Assembly: GCA_017857235.1 (NCBI GenBank)
Contig: JAFMDN010000003.1
Span: 2,005 to 66,004 of the forward strand
Direction of reading: 5' to 3'
Source: Methanobacteriota archaeon
GTDB lineage: Archaea > Thermoplasmatota > Thermoplasmata > Thermoplasmatales > GCA-001856825
DNA: 64,000 nt
Below, piece after piece: positions 18,665 to 27,457 of this stretch. Under the pieces are notes generated by a model. That model was not told where the DNA came from. It did not search any database and worked only from the letters and a program-made list of their open reading frames with translations. The translations under genes and the position numbers were made by a program. Within the stretch, counting starts at the first letter, position 1, and each line of letters starts with the position of its first letter.

Positions 18665-19549
18665 ATGAACTTAAGATCAATTTTAGAAGAAATCATTTCT
18701 GCTTCCGGAGGAAGAACTTATCCAGGTTACCCAGACAAGTATTTATGGGTTGAATACCAAGATGGTTACAACGAGGTCATAATGCTACTTACGGAGAATA
18801 AAATAGACCTCGTAAGAGATTTCAATTCTGCTACAAACGATTTTCCAGGGGAGAGGTATGTTTTCGCACTGATTGATATAGACCAGGAAATTTATTCTTA
18901 TTGTATCTCAAAAAAAATAAATTGCATAAAGAGGGATGAATTGATAAACATTATTGGAAGAAGTGTGATTGATCTTAGCCTTAAACCTACTAAAAACATT
19001 AAGGATGTTGAATATAAAGAGGATGATTCAATCTACATTAGACTCGAAACTGGAGAAACCCCTAAATTCATTAAACCTCAATTATCAAAGGATGAAATAG
19101 CTGATTCGGTTGGAGTAAAATCCGAGCTCTATTTTATTCCATTCCATTTCTATTCATATAAATGTGATGTGGACATGGAAGGTAAGATAGTTGCAAGGAC
19201 TGGAGCATTGATGATCAATTCATTAAACGGACTGCCAGATGAGGCAGTTTCTGGGTTTGAACTTGTAGATAGGTGGCCCTTCCCCCATAAGGAGATGGAT
19301 ATTAAATGGGAGCCGGACATTGCTATCCATGGTGCCAAGAAATGGATTTCCGAGCATAATATTGGATATACAGTAGAAGAGAAGGAAACCAAATATTTTT
19401 TAATATTTTTGAGGAAGAAGGTTGAACCGTTGGAAGACAGTATCAAAATAAAATTTGAGGGGACATATTTTTATCCATTTTTTATAAGCGGGGGAATAGC
19501 ATTAGATGGTATTAGGGGTCTTATCTATAACGTACAGGACATTTTCTAA
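18665..19549 (+). CDS. Uncharacterised protein (294 aa)
   Basis: Long ORF with coding-like composition, a clean ATG and its own upstream AT-rich region. I recognise no motif. Confidence 0.55.
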   Translation: MNLRSILEEIISASGGRTYPGYPDKYLWVEYQDGYNEVIMLLTENKIDLVRDFNSATNDFPGERYVFALIDIDQEIYSYCISKKINCIKRDELINIIGRSVIDLSLKPTKNIKDVEYKEDDSIYIRLETGETPKFIKPQLSKDEIADSVGVKSELYFIPFHFYSYKCDVDMEGKIVARTGALMINSLNGLPDEAVSGFELVDRWPFPHKEMDIKWEPDIAIHGAKKWISEHNIGYTVEEKETKYFLIFLRKKVEPLEDSIKIKFEGTYFYPFFISGGIALDGIRGLIYNVQDIF

Positions 19550-19605
19550 TTGAAAAACCAAGAAAAATATTTTAAATTGAAAAATATATTGAAATTCGAT
19601 ATAAT

Positions 19606-20163
19606 ATGGAAGAAGCAAGTGGCTCCGATTTAAAATTCTTCATTAATTACCTAAAGCAGAAAAGGGGGATGCAGGGAATAAAACAAATGTTAAAGGAATT
19701 AAATTCCAACGGGGTTGTTATAAGCAATCTTGATGATATAGGGACATTATCAAGTTATCCTGAAGATGTTTATGCTAAAGTGATAATAGCGGTAGCAAAA
19801 GCATTGGGTGGGGACTTCAATGAAAGAATGAATCAATTGGGTTATGCCCTTGGAGATAGGGCAAATCTTCTTAAGTTAATCACGAAGCTATCGACTCCGA
19901 GACAAGTTATAAAAACCATTGAGGACAATATATTGTTTTCAATCCCGTATCTAAAGTCTAGCAGCTCTGATATTTCAAAGCATGTTGTTTTGTTGAGAGT
20001 TACGCCTAGAAAAAATGGCGAACCCTTCCTAAGTATGGCAGAAGGTTATATTAAAGCTATTATTGACCTTTCGAATAAAAATATAAATATAGAGGAAAAG
20101 AAAAAAGATGGGGATTCATTGGTATTCAAATTGAAGCTAGGGGAGATGGCTCAGGGTGTCTGA
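19606..20163 (+). CDS. Uncharacterised small soluble protein (185 aa)
   Basis: The ORF overlaps the downstream crotonase GTG start by 8 nt. Faint resemblance to small ligand-binding alpha/beta domains (DUF2378/V4R-like), not verifiable here. Confidence 0.5.
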   Translation: MEEASGSDLKFFINYLKQKRGMQGIKQMLKELNSNGVVISNLDDIGTLSSYPEDVYAKVIIAVAKALGGDFNERMNQLGYALGDRANLLKLITKLSTPRQVIKTIEDNILFSIPYLKSSSSDISKHVVLLRVTPRKNGEPFLSMAEGYIKAIIDLSNKNINIEEKKKDGDSLVFKLKLGEMAQGV

Positions 20164-20881
20164 TGTAGATTATAAATTCGAGGATGGGGTTTCAATAATT
20201 TCCATAAATCGCCCAGAGAAAAAAAATTCAATTAATATAGAAGTGATGAATGGTATTCAGTTATCTTTAGAAAATGCCTTGAAAGATAGGGCGAAAGTTT
20301 TGATATTCAAAGGAAATGGTGGATTCTTTTCAGCAGGCGCCGATATTAATCAATTTTTTGACATGGATGAAAATAAAGCATTTGAATTTTCATTATGGGG
20401 AAACAATCTAATGGATAGAATCGAAAGATATCCCGGGGTAACATTATCTGCAATTAATGGAGGAGCACTTGGCGGAGGCCTGGAATTAGCCCTTAGTACT
20501 GATATTAGAATTTCTACTAAGAATGCAAAAATTGGACTTCCTGAAGTAACATTAGGAATATTTCCTGGCTGGGGTGGTATAAAGAGAATAACAAGGATCC
20601 TTGGAAATGGAATAGGTAAATATTTACTCATTACAGGAAAATATATTACTGGTGAGGAGGCCTACAACCTTGGCCTAATTAATTTCTTGGATGAAGATCC
20701 TGAAAACTATGCTATGACAATTGCACAGAATTTGAAGAACCATTCATCCGAAGCCATTGAAAAAATAAAACTTCTACTTCTTCAAGATGTATATTCAGAA
20801 CAACTTGAGGCGGCTTATTTCGGTAAAATAGTCACCTCGCCAATTGCAAAAGAATATCTCCAAAAATTCAAAAAGAAATAG
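20156..20881 (+). CDS. Enoyl-CoA hydratase/isomerase (crotonase) family protein
   Basis: 241 aa. FSAGADINQF, INGGALGGGLELAL and GLPEVTLGIFPGWGG are oxyanion-hole/crotonase signatures. GTG start. Confidence 0.8.
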   Translation: MSDVDYKFEDGVSIISINRPEKKNSINIEVMNGIQLSLENALKDRAKVLIFKGNGGFFSAGADINQFFDMDENKAFEFSLWGNNLMDRIERYPGVTLSAINGGALGGGLELALSTDIRISTKNAKIGLPEVTLGIFPGWGGIKRITRILGNGIGKYLLITGKYITGEEAYNLGLINFLDEDPENYAMTIAQNLKNHSSEAIEKIKLLLLQDVYSEQLEAAYFGKIVTSPIAKEYLQKFKKK

Positions 20882-20998
20882 TTAACAATTTGTATTTCCC
20901 AATTTTATTATTTTCTAATTCTGAATTGCTAAGAGTTTAATTTATCATTAACTATTTAATTGAGATTTGAGATAGGTCTTTTTAATTCATGCAAAACT

Positions 20999-23716
20999 TC
21001 ATTCCAAAATTATTGCTGGCTTTCCAGGCAATGCTTTTTTCGATTTTTCATCTTTAGCTGTTTTCATAATTTCAATTTTAATCTTGAGATAGTTTTCCAA
21101 ATCTTCCTTATACATCTCGAGAACTTTTAATTCGTCCACATTTATCCTTAAGTTTTTTGCATCCTTCCTCTTTATAACGGACAAAATAAATTCTCTCTGT
21201 TCCGGGGTAGCTGATTTCATAAAATCCTTTAACCCTAATTTATTGAATTCTAGTAGCACTTCTTTTTTCCAGTCTTCAGCCAGATATATTTTCATTTTAT
21301 TTGGCTTATTTGGATAAATTTTTGTTATGTTTTTGAAGTCTTCTAGAAGGTCCTCTACATATTCCCAATCTTCCAGTATGCTCTTGTAATTATCGTTGTA
21401 GTTCGGATAGGGTGACAAGGATGCATAACTAGAACCACCGTAGATTTCATTAACTTCTTCTGAAATGAATGGAATGATGGGGGATAATGACAGGGCCCAT
21501 TCTTTCCCGAACTTTCTAATTGCCCTCATTGTCCTATCTCTCCCTGCAATTGATTCCAATTCTTGAACATCATTCAACATGTTATAGAATAATTCTACAG
21601 CCGCCTCCCTTATTCTCATTTCTTTGAACGCATCATCAGCGCGTTTCAATCTTTCATTAAATTTACCTATTATCCATAGATCCCTTTCTTCTGGCTCATC
21701 TTTATAATTCGTTGCGTTTGTTAAATACTCATAGAACTTCTCCAACTTCTTTTGCATCATGTTAACTTCCGATGATCTCCAGTCCACATCATACCATACA
21801 TCTGCATTAGTGGCAAAGTACAATCTAAAGAGGTCAGCTCCATATTTTCTCTTTACTGTGAGTAGTGGAACTACATTGCCCTTGCTCTTTGCCATCTTTT
21901 GGCCTTCCGAAAGTACTATTCCTCCAGTTGAAATCCCCTTTGGCCAATAATTTTCAGGGAATATTGCAACGTGATTGAAAAGGTAGAATGTTAAATGATT
22001 TGATATGTGTGGGTACCCAGTATGCCTCCAATCAACTGGATACCAGAATTCAAATTCCTTTCTTGCTTTCTTGCTTAATTCTACCGTCCTATCTGATTTC
22101 CCCTTTAATTCACCATTACCAAAGAAAATGTAATCAAAAATTTCATCGTCAATTTCATCAAAATCCATCTCCCTCAATTCTCTGATAATAGTATATAGTG
22201 CAGGATATATGGTAGAATCACTTAAACTTTCAATAACCCAGTTTCTATCCATGGGTAATCTCGTACCGAGCCCCCTTTTCCTGGCACAAGGCCTCTCCCT
22301 TATCCAGTCAACTACCTGCATGAATTGATTCCTTAAAGATTCTGGTTTTAATTCCATTTTCTCCAGAAGTTTCCTCACCTTTTCCTTCCACTGCACATTG
22401 GAATAATCAAGGAACCACTGATTTTTGATAATGGCAACTATAACTTTATCACCATCCCTGGTAACGGCCTTCCTGCTGGTTTCATAGAATATAAAAGCTA
22501 TGCCCTCCCTTATGTAATCATTTTTAATTTCTTCCTTTATATCTCTGATCCACTTACCGGCATACTTACCCTTATTTATTATACCATGATAAAATTCCAT
22601 CTCATAGAGGTATTTAGTGGCCTCATCAATTTTTTCAGTTTCATCTATGGATGAAATTTTGAATTTCCTGATAACTTCTTCCACATTTTCATTTATACCA
22701 CCTATTACTTGAATAGGATTTATTTCGATTCCTAAATCTTTTAAAGCCAGAAAGTCCTGAATAGAATGCGCCGGAACAGAGTAAACTATCCCTGTTGCAT
22801 TGTCAGTATCCACAAATTTCGCACCAAAAATCGGAATGGACCTCCCATGAAGTGGTTCTGCTGCTTCTTTACCGATCAACTCCTTTGCATCTATTTCTTC
22901 CAAGATTTTAATTTCTCCCTGATACTGTAATTTTTCCGCTGCTCCCTTTGACACCACCACTTTCTTTCCTTGTAGCTCTATTATTACATATTTGCGATCT
23001 GGATTTACAAATAAATTAGTTACACCTTCCAAGGTTTCTGGTCTGAGAGTTGATGCACCTAAATATTTATCCCCAAATTTAAATAATACAGTTACAAATT
23101 CAAGTATTGATACCTTATCTACATCACCATCTGCAATATCATCTTCTCCAACTGGATTTCCTTCAACTATGGAATATAGAATTGGATAATCGCCTTGTTT
23201 TATTAAACCCATTGAAAAAAGTTTTCTGAATTGCCATTCTATAAATTTATTGTATATAGGCTCGCCAGTATTGAATACCCTTGACCAATCAATAGAAAAG
23301 CCCATGTTACTGAAATCACTTATTATTTTATTGGCAAAATAATTGGCAATATTTTCTGGTTTACTAAATTCTTTAATTAAATCGGGATTGTCTCCATACA
23401 GTTCTAGGTAAGATTTGTATAATTCGATGGTCCCTCTGTCACCTTTTTCTATTTTCTTTGCAAAACCCAATATTGGAGTTCCCGAGATATGAAAACCCAT
23501 GGGGTAAAGGACGTTGTATCCTTTCATCCGCAGATATCTGGCCATTATATCCCCAATGGTATATGTCCTGCCGTGTCCAATATGAAGAGCTCCATTGGCA
23601 TAAGGATAGGGAACTGTCAGTAGATACTTTTTTCCAGTTTCGGTGGGCTGAAAGATTTTATCTTTTTCCCATCTTTGAAGCCATTTTGATTCTATGGTAC
23701 CAAAATCGTATGGCAT
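20999..23716 (-). CDS. leuS: Leucyl-tRNA synthetase, archaeal type
   Basis: PYPYANGALHIGHGRTY (HIGH motif), KMAKSKGN (KMSKS motif), large editing insertion. Start set at ATG 23716 (MPYDFGTIESKW) rather than the track GTG at 23725. Confidence 0.9.
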   Translation of the reverse strand: MPYDFGTIESKWLQRWEKDKIFQPTETGKKYLLTVPYPYANGALHIGHGRTYTIGDIMARYLRMKGYNVLYPMGFHISGTPILGFAKKIEKGDRGTIELYKSYLELYGDNPDLIKEFSKPENIANYFANKIISDFSNMGFSIDWSRVFNTGEPIYNKFIEWQFRKLFSMGLIKQGDYPILYSIVEGNPVGEDDIADGDVDKVSILEFVTVLFKFGDKYLGASTLRPETLEGVTNLFVNPDRKYVIIELQGKKVVVSKGAAEKLQYQGEIKILEEIDAKELIGKEAAEPLHGRSIPIFGAKFVDTDNATGIVYSVPAHSIQDFLALKDLGIEINPIQVIGGINENVEEVIRKFKISSIDETEKIDEATKYLYEMEFYHGIINKGKYAGKWIRDIKEEIKNDYIREGIAFIFYETSRKAVTRDGDKVIVAIIKNQWFLDYSNVQWKEKVRKLLEKMELKPESLRNQFMQVVDWIRERPCARKRGLGTRLPMDRNWVIESLSDSTIYPALYTIIRELREMDFDEIDDEIFDYIFFGNGELKGKSDRTVELSKKARKEFEFWYPVDWRHTGYPHISNHLTFYLFNHVAIFPENYWPKGISTGGIVLSEGQKMAKSKGNVVPLLTVKRKYGADLFRLYFATNADVWYDVDWRSSEVNMMQKKLEKFYEYLTNATNYKDEPEERDLWIIGKFNERLKRADDAFKEMRIREAAVELFYNMLNDVQELESIAGRDRTMRAIRKFGKEWALSLSPIIPFISEEVNEIYGGSSYASLSPYPNYNDNYKSILEDWEYVEDLLEDFKNITKIYPNKPNKMKIYLAEDWKKEVLLEFNKLGLKDFMKSATPEQREFILSVIKRKDAKNLRINVDELKVLEMYKEDLENYLKIKIEIMKTAKDEKSKKALPGKPAIILE

Positions 23717-23726
23717 AAAAAACACC

Positions 23727-24290
23727 CTAAATTATCATAACGGCAGCAGCTACCACTGTAGTCCATTCATTTTCTTTTTCAACTACGGCTGATGAAGTTA
23801 CATTGCTAGTTAACAGTATAGCATCGTTTAACCTGAATCTTCCTGTATTTTCATCCTTAATTAAATAATTGTCCAGACCCAAAGTTGAAGATAACATTTC
23901 AGCTGCTAGGCTTTCGGCAAATGCCCCTGCTTTTTCTGGTGGTTCACCGTAAGTATGATATTCAGAAAGATAACCATAATTTTCCCTATTTCTTGGTATC
24001 GCAAGACCTATTGATGCAGTAATTAATCTATTTAGTTCATTTGAGCTGTTTCTAGCAAGCACCAGAAAAAGGATTTGCCCCGATTTTAATTCCTTTAGGC
24101 CTTCCTCTCTGTCCACAATCTCTGCATATGGTGGAAAAATAGAGCTTACCTCCACCAAATTAAATCTTGCAATACCTGCATCTCTTAAAGCATTCTCAAA
24201 TGAACCCAATTGACTCTTATGGCGACCTATTCCTTTTGTAAAGAAAATTTTCTTAGGGACCATATTCTGCATTTTTGTTCCACTCTGCAT
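23727..24290 (-). CDS. pdaD: Pyruvoyl-dependent arginine decarboxylase
   Basis: VPKKIFFTKGIGRHKSQLGSFENALRDAGIARFNLVEVSSIFPP is strongly PdaD-like, including the self-cleavage Ser-Ser region. The true start may be one of the internal Met codons (MQNMVPKK). Confidence 0.85.
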   Translation of the reverse strand: MQSGTKMQNMVPKKIFFTKGIGRHKSQLGSFENALRDAGIARFNLVEVSSIFPPYAEIVDREEGLKELKSGQILFLVLARNSSNELNRLITASIGLAIPRNRENYGYLSEYHTYGEPPEKAGAFAESLAAEMLSSTLGLDNYLIKDENTGRFRLNDAILLTSNVTSSAVVEKENEWTTVVAAAVMII

Positions 24291-24418
24291 TAAAACCCAT
24301 GATTAAATTTTTTGGGAAAATTTTCATTGATTTATTTTGTAAGCATTGAACCTGTAAAAAAAATATATGATGATATTAGTTTAAATTATTCAACGCCATC
24401 TCCGTGATTGCCGTTAGC

Positions 24419-24431
24419 AAAAAATAAATAT
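24419..24431 (+). promoter_or_regulatory. Candidate TATA box for a leaderless GTPase-endA transcript
   Basis: AAAAAATAAATAT is centred ~27 nt upstream of ATG 24452, in the divergent intergenic region shared with pdaD. Confidence 0.3.
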
Positions 24432-24451
24432 GCGGTGATATTGAAACTTGA

Positions 24452-24919
24452 ATGCCCGTCCAATCCAAAATTATAAAGGTACTGGTGGCAGGAACCAGGG
24501 GTTCCGGAAAAAGTTCCATTATATGTAGATTCATATATGATAACATGGACGGGTGCTCACAGAATGAGGGTACTTTTTACAGAAGTGGTTTAATCAACAT
24601 TGACGATTCGAAATTCACATTCATATTGAAGGAAATAAGAAACCTTCCCACCTCTGAAAACACTGCAGGTTTTATCGTTGTAATTGACCCTACAAGGGAA
24701 ACAGATTTGAAAGAAATCCCATATATACTTGAAAACATAGGAAACAAGAAAGTTATAATTGCCCTCAATAAAATAGATATGAAATACCTTGCCAATTTCT
24801 GGATTGAAGACGTCAAAGAATTAGTTAACGGAAATATAAAGATAATTCCAGTTTCTGCCAAGACCGGAGAAAATATAAATGAATTATTTTTTGAAACGGC
24901 ACGAATGGTGAGCAAATGA
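24452..24919 (+). CDS. Ras-superfamily-like small GTP-binding protein with degenerate switch II
   Basis: 155 aa. G1 is GTRGSGKS, G4 is NKID, G5 is SAKTG. The position expected for DxxGQ reads LKEIRN and the following segment is short (see findings). Confidence 0.7.
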   Translation: MPVQSKIIKVLVAGTRGSGKSSIICRFIYDNMDGCSQNEGTFYRSGLINIDDSKFTFILKEIRNLPTSENTAGFIVVIDPTRETDLKEIPYILENIGNKKVIIALNKIDMKYLANFWIEDVKELVNGNIKIIPVSAKTGENINELFFETARMVSK

Positions 24920-24920
24920 T

Positions 24921-25631
24921 ATGATTTCCGCTAGGCTGCTACCCGATTTATCAACATTAATCGGGGAGGCAGACGCCTCGCGACTTAGAAACAAGGGATA
25001 TAAAATAATAAAGAAGAAAAATGGATATATTCTTGATAGACTTTCCTCCCTTTATCTTTTAGAAAAAGGTAGATTTGAAATTTTCATTGATGGTGAAAAA
25101 AAAGGCTTTGATTTTTTGTGGAGAAAACTTACAGAAGAAGAAAAATGGAAATACGTTGCCTACAAAGGATTGAGGGATTTGGGTTATAAGCCCTATTTAA
25201 ATAACGATAACATATTTCTGAACAGGAAAAGGGTTAATGTAAGATATTATAAAGACATAATTAACCTTTCAGAGTTATCTGTTGGTTATTTTGCAGTTGT
25301 GGATTCAGACTATGAACCCATATTTTATCAAATCAAAAGAAGAAATCCATTACTGCTAGAGATTGTTAGAAAAACCTATTCGGAAATAGGCCAATCTGAG
25401 AATAAACATAATAAGTTAGTTGTAAAAAGTGGTTCAAAATTTGGATGTGATTACAGAATTTATAGGAACAATGAATTACATTCTAGTTTACTCGTAAACA
25501 TTGCAAAAGAAGACGATTGCAAATCCATCGTTGCGAGAGCCCGTATCGCTCATTCCGTAAGGAAGATCTTAATCTATTGCTTTGAGCATGGGGGTAAGAA
25601 TAAATGTATATCAATTGAATGGATTAGATAA
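24921..25631 (+). CDS. endA: tRNA-splicing (intron) endonuclease
   Basis: 236 aa. The C-terminal catalytic unit SGSKFGCDYRIYRNNELHSSLLV...RIAHSVRKIL carries the Tyr/His/Lys triad context of EndA. The N-terminal half is a degenerate repeat, as in fused (alpha2-type) enzymes. Confidence 0.75.
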   Translation: MISARLLPDLSTLIGEADASRLRNKGYKIIKKKNGYILDRLSSLYLLEKGRFEIFIDGEKKGFDFLWRKLTEEEKWKYVAYKGLRDLGYKPYLNNDNIFLNRKRVNVRYYKDIINLSELSVGYFAVVDSDYEPIFYQIKRRNPLLLEIVRKTYSEIGQSENKHNKLVVKSGSKFGCDYRIYRNNELHSSLLVNIAKEDDCKSIVARARIAHSVRKILIYCFEHGGKNKCISIEWIR

Positions 25632-25743
25632 TATTTATCAACCGACGATTTGTATTGCGAAGCCATCTATTTTCTTAACTTTACAGAAGGAAATGCTATA
25701 TTTAAAATAAATTAATCGAAAATTTCCAAATAGCTATTATAAT

Positions 25744-26247
25744 TCATTTCTTCTTCTGATTTTTACTTATTAAGGAGTTTTTCTTTACTGGAAATTTCTT
25801 CACTTGATTTCCGCAATTAGGACATATTTCTATAAATTTATTATAAACCTTCTTACAACCTGTACATCTATATTTCCAAATGATAAAATCCTTTATATTT
25901 TTCGAATTAAATTCAATAAATCTGATATCCAGGGCATGTGCGATATTTTGCATTGATAGATCATTTGTTAATAAAACTGCCCCCTCCTGCATGGAAAGTG
26001 CTAAAAGCTTTAAATCGTTTTCACTTAGCTGATAGAAGTCCCCTGTTTCTTTGCTTTTTGCAATTACCTTATCCAGAAACTCTTGAGATGGCTCTTTTAT
26101 CTCAATGAATATTAAAGTTCTTTCGATAGTATCTCTAAATTTCTTGCTTTTAATTTCTGAAATGGAATCAATTGTGGTAATGTATTCATTCGAACCCTCG
26201 GGAGTAAAACCTGCGAATATTGCTGATGCATCAACTACGATTTTCAT
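25744..26247 (-). CDS. Nob1-like PIN-domain endonuclease with C-terminal zinc ribbon
   Basis: 167 aa. PIN N-terminus MKIVVDASAI, LTNDLSMQN, then CTGCKKVY...CPNCGNQV. This is the archaeal Nob1 architecture. Confidence 0.7.
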   Translation of the reverse strand: MKIVVDASAIFAGFTPEGSNEYITTIDSISEIKSKKFRDTIERTLIFIEIKEPSQEFLDKVIAKSKETGDFYQLSENDLKLLALSMQEGAVLLTNDLSMQNIAHALDIRFIEFNSKNIKDFIIWKYRCTGCKKVYNKFIEICPNCGNQVKKFPVKKNSLISKNQKKK

Positions 26248-26857
26248 AATACTTGCACCATTTTTTTAAAGGGCATTCATTGCATTTTGGTCCAATTGGT
26301 TTACAAATGTTCTTTCCGAATTCAACCCCATAAGAGTTTATGTGTTTCCAATATACTTTGGGTATCTTTTTCATAAGCATTTTCTCAGTTTCTTCTGGGT
26401 CTTTGGTATTTATGACTCCTAGCCTATTGAATATTCTGTGGACGTGTGTATCAACTGCAATATAATCTTTATTGAAACCAAATGTAAGAACAATGTTAGC
26501 CACTTTTGGACCGACTCCTGGCAATCTCATTAAATCATCCCTATTGTCAGGGACTGATCCATTAAAATCTTCAACTATCATTCTGGCAGTTTCTTTAACT
26601 TTTTTAGCCTTTTCTCTATAGAAACCAACCCCTTTTATCAATTGTGATATTTCATTTATATTGCATTTAGCAAGACTATATGGATCAGAACATTTGCAAA
26701 ATAGTCTCAAAGATGCCCTATCTGTGATTTCATCTCTTGTTCTGGTTGAAAGTATGGTAGTGATTAAAATGTGAAATGGATCATCCCATAACCCCACATG
26801 AGGCTTCACGGATGTCATCATTTCATTGATTAATTTAGCATAACCCTCCTTTTTCAA
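26231..26857 (-). CDS. nth: Endonuclease III (DNA glycosylase/AP lyase)
   Basis: HhH-GPD block LMRLPGVGPKVANIV...VDTHV and a C-terminal 4Fe-4S loop CKPIGPKCNECPLKKWC. Confidence 0.85.
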   Translation of the reverse strand: MKKEGYAKLINEMMTSVKPHVGLWDDPFHILITTILSTRTRDEITDRASLRLFCKCSDPYSLAKCNINEISQLIKGVGFYREKAKKVKETARMIVEDFNGSVPDNRDDLMRLPGVGPKVANIVLTFGFNKDYIAVDTHVHRIFNRLGVINTKDPEETEKMLMKKIPKVYWKHINSYGVEFGKNICKPIGPKCNECPLKKWCKYYENRS

Positions 26858-26944
26858 TGCTGAACACTATTGATCATGAATAAATGATTTTTTCTATACT
26901 TTTATTTTCACAAAATTTTAATAGCAATTATTACATTTAATATT

Positions 26945-27415
26945 ATGGAAAAGAAGGAGAGAGGTATTTTACCAATTGAAAGGATTCTTGTTGCGGTTGA
27001 TGGTTCTAAGCCCTCCATGCGAGCTCTGGATATGGCAATATCTCTCTCCAAATTAAATAAAAATATGAAATTATATATAGTAATGGCAATACCTTATCCA
27101 GTTCAATATGTGACCGGAGAAAATCCAACTGGGGATATAACCCTTTTAGATAGGATGAACACTCTAAAGGAGAAAGGAGAACAAATACTTGAAAATTCGA
27201 AAAATTACGCCATTTCAAATGGAGTAATGAATGTAGAAACATTCCTGAAACAGGGTGATCCTGCAAAGGAGATATTAAATGTTTCCAAAACTGTTAAGCC
27301 TGACTTAATCGTTATAGGAAATAGAAGAAGGGGATTTCTAAAGGGAGTATTCCTAGGCTCTGTGTCTCAAAGAGTTGCTGCTAATTCGGATGTTTCTGTA
27401 TTAGTAGTAAAATAA
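26945..27415 (+). CDS. Universal stress protein (UspA family)
   Basis: 156 aa. ILVAVDGS... and the C-terminal GNRRRGFLKGVFLGSVSQRVAANSDVSVLVV motif. Confidence 0.8.
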   Translation: MEKKERGILPIERILVAVDGSKPSMRALDMAISLSKLNKNMKLYIVMAIPYPVQYVTGENPTGDITLLDRMNTLKEKGEQILENSKNYAISNGVMNVETFLKQGDPAKEILNVSKTVKPDLIVIGNRRRGFLKGVFLGSVSQRVAANSDVSVLVVK

Positions 27416-27457
27416 ATTCGATCAGAAATTTGTTTTCTAATTGCAAAAAATTTTTAA

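Noticed and set aside
24367-24420. Possible C/D box sRNA: ATGATGA (C-box-like) at 24367-24373 and GTGATTG (weak C'-like) ~35 nt downstream, in the pdaD/GTPase intergenic region.
   Set aside because: No CTGA D or D' boxes at the required spacing and no terminal stem. The ATGATGA heptamer alone is expected by chance in AT-rich DNA.
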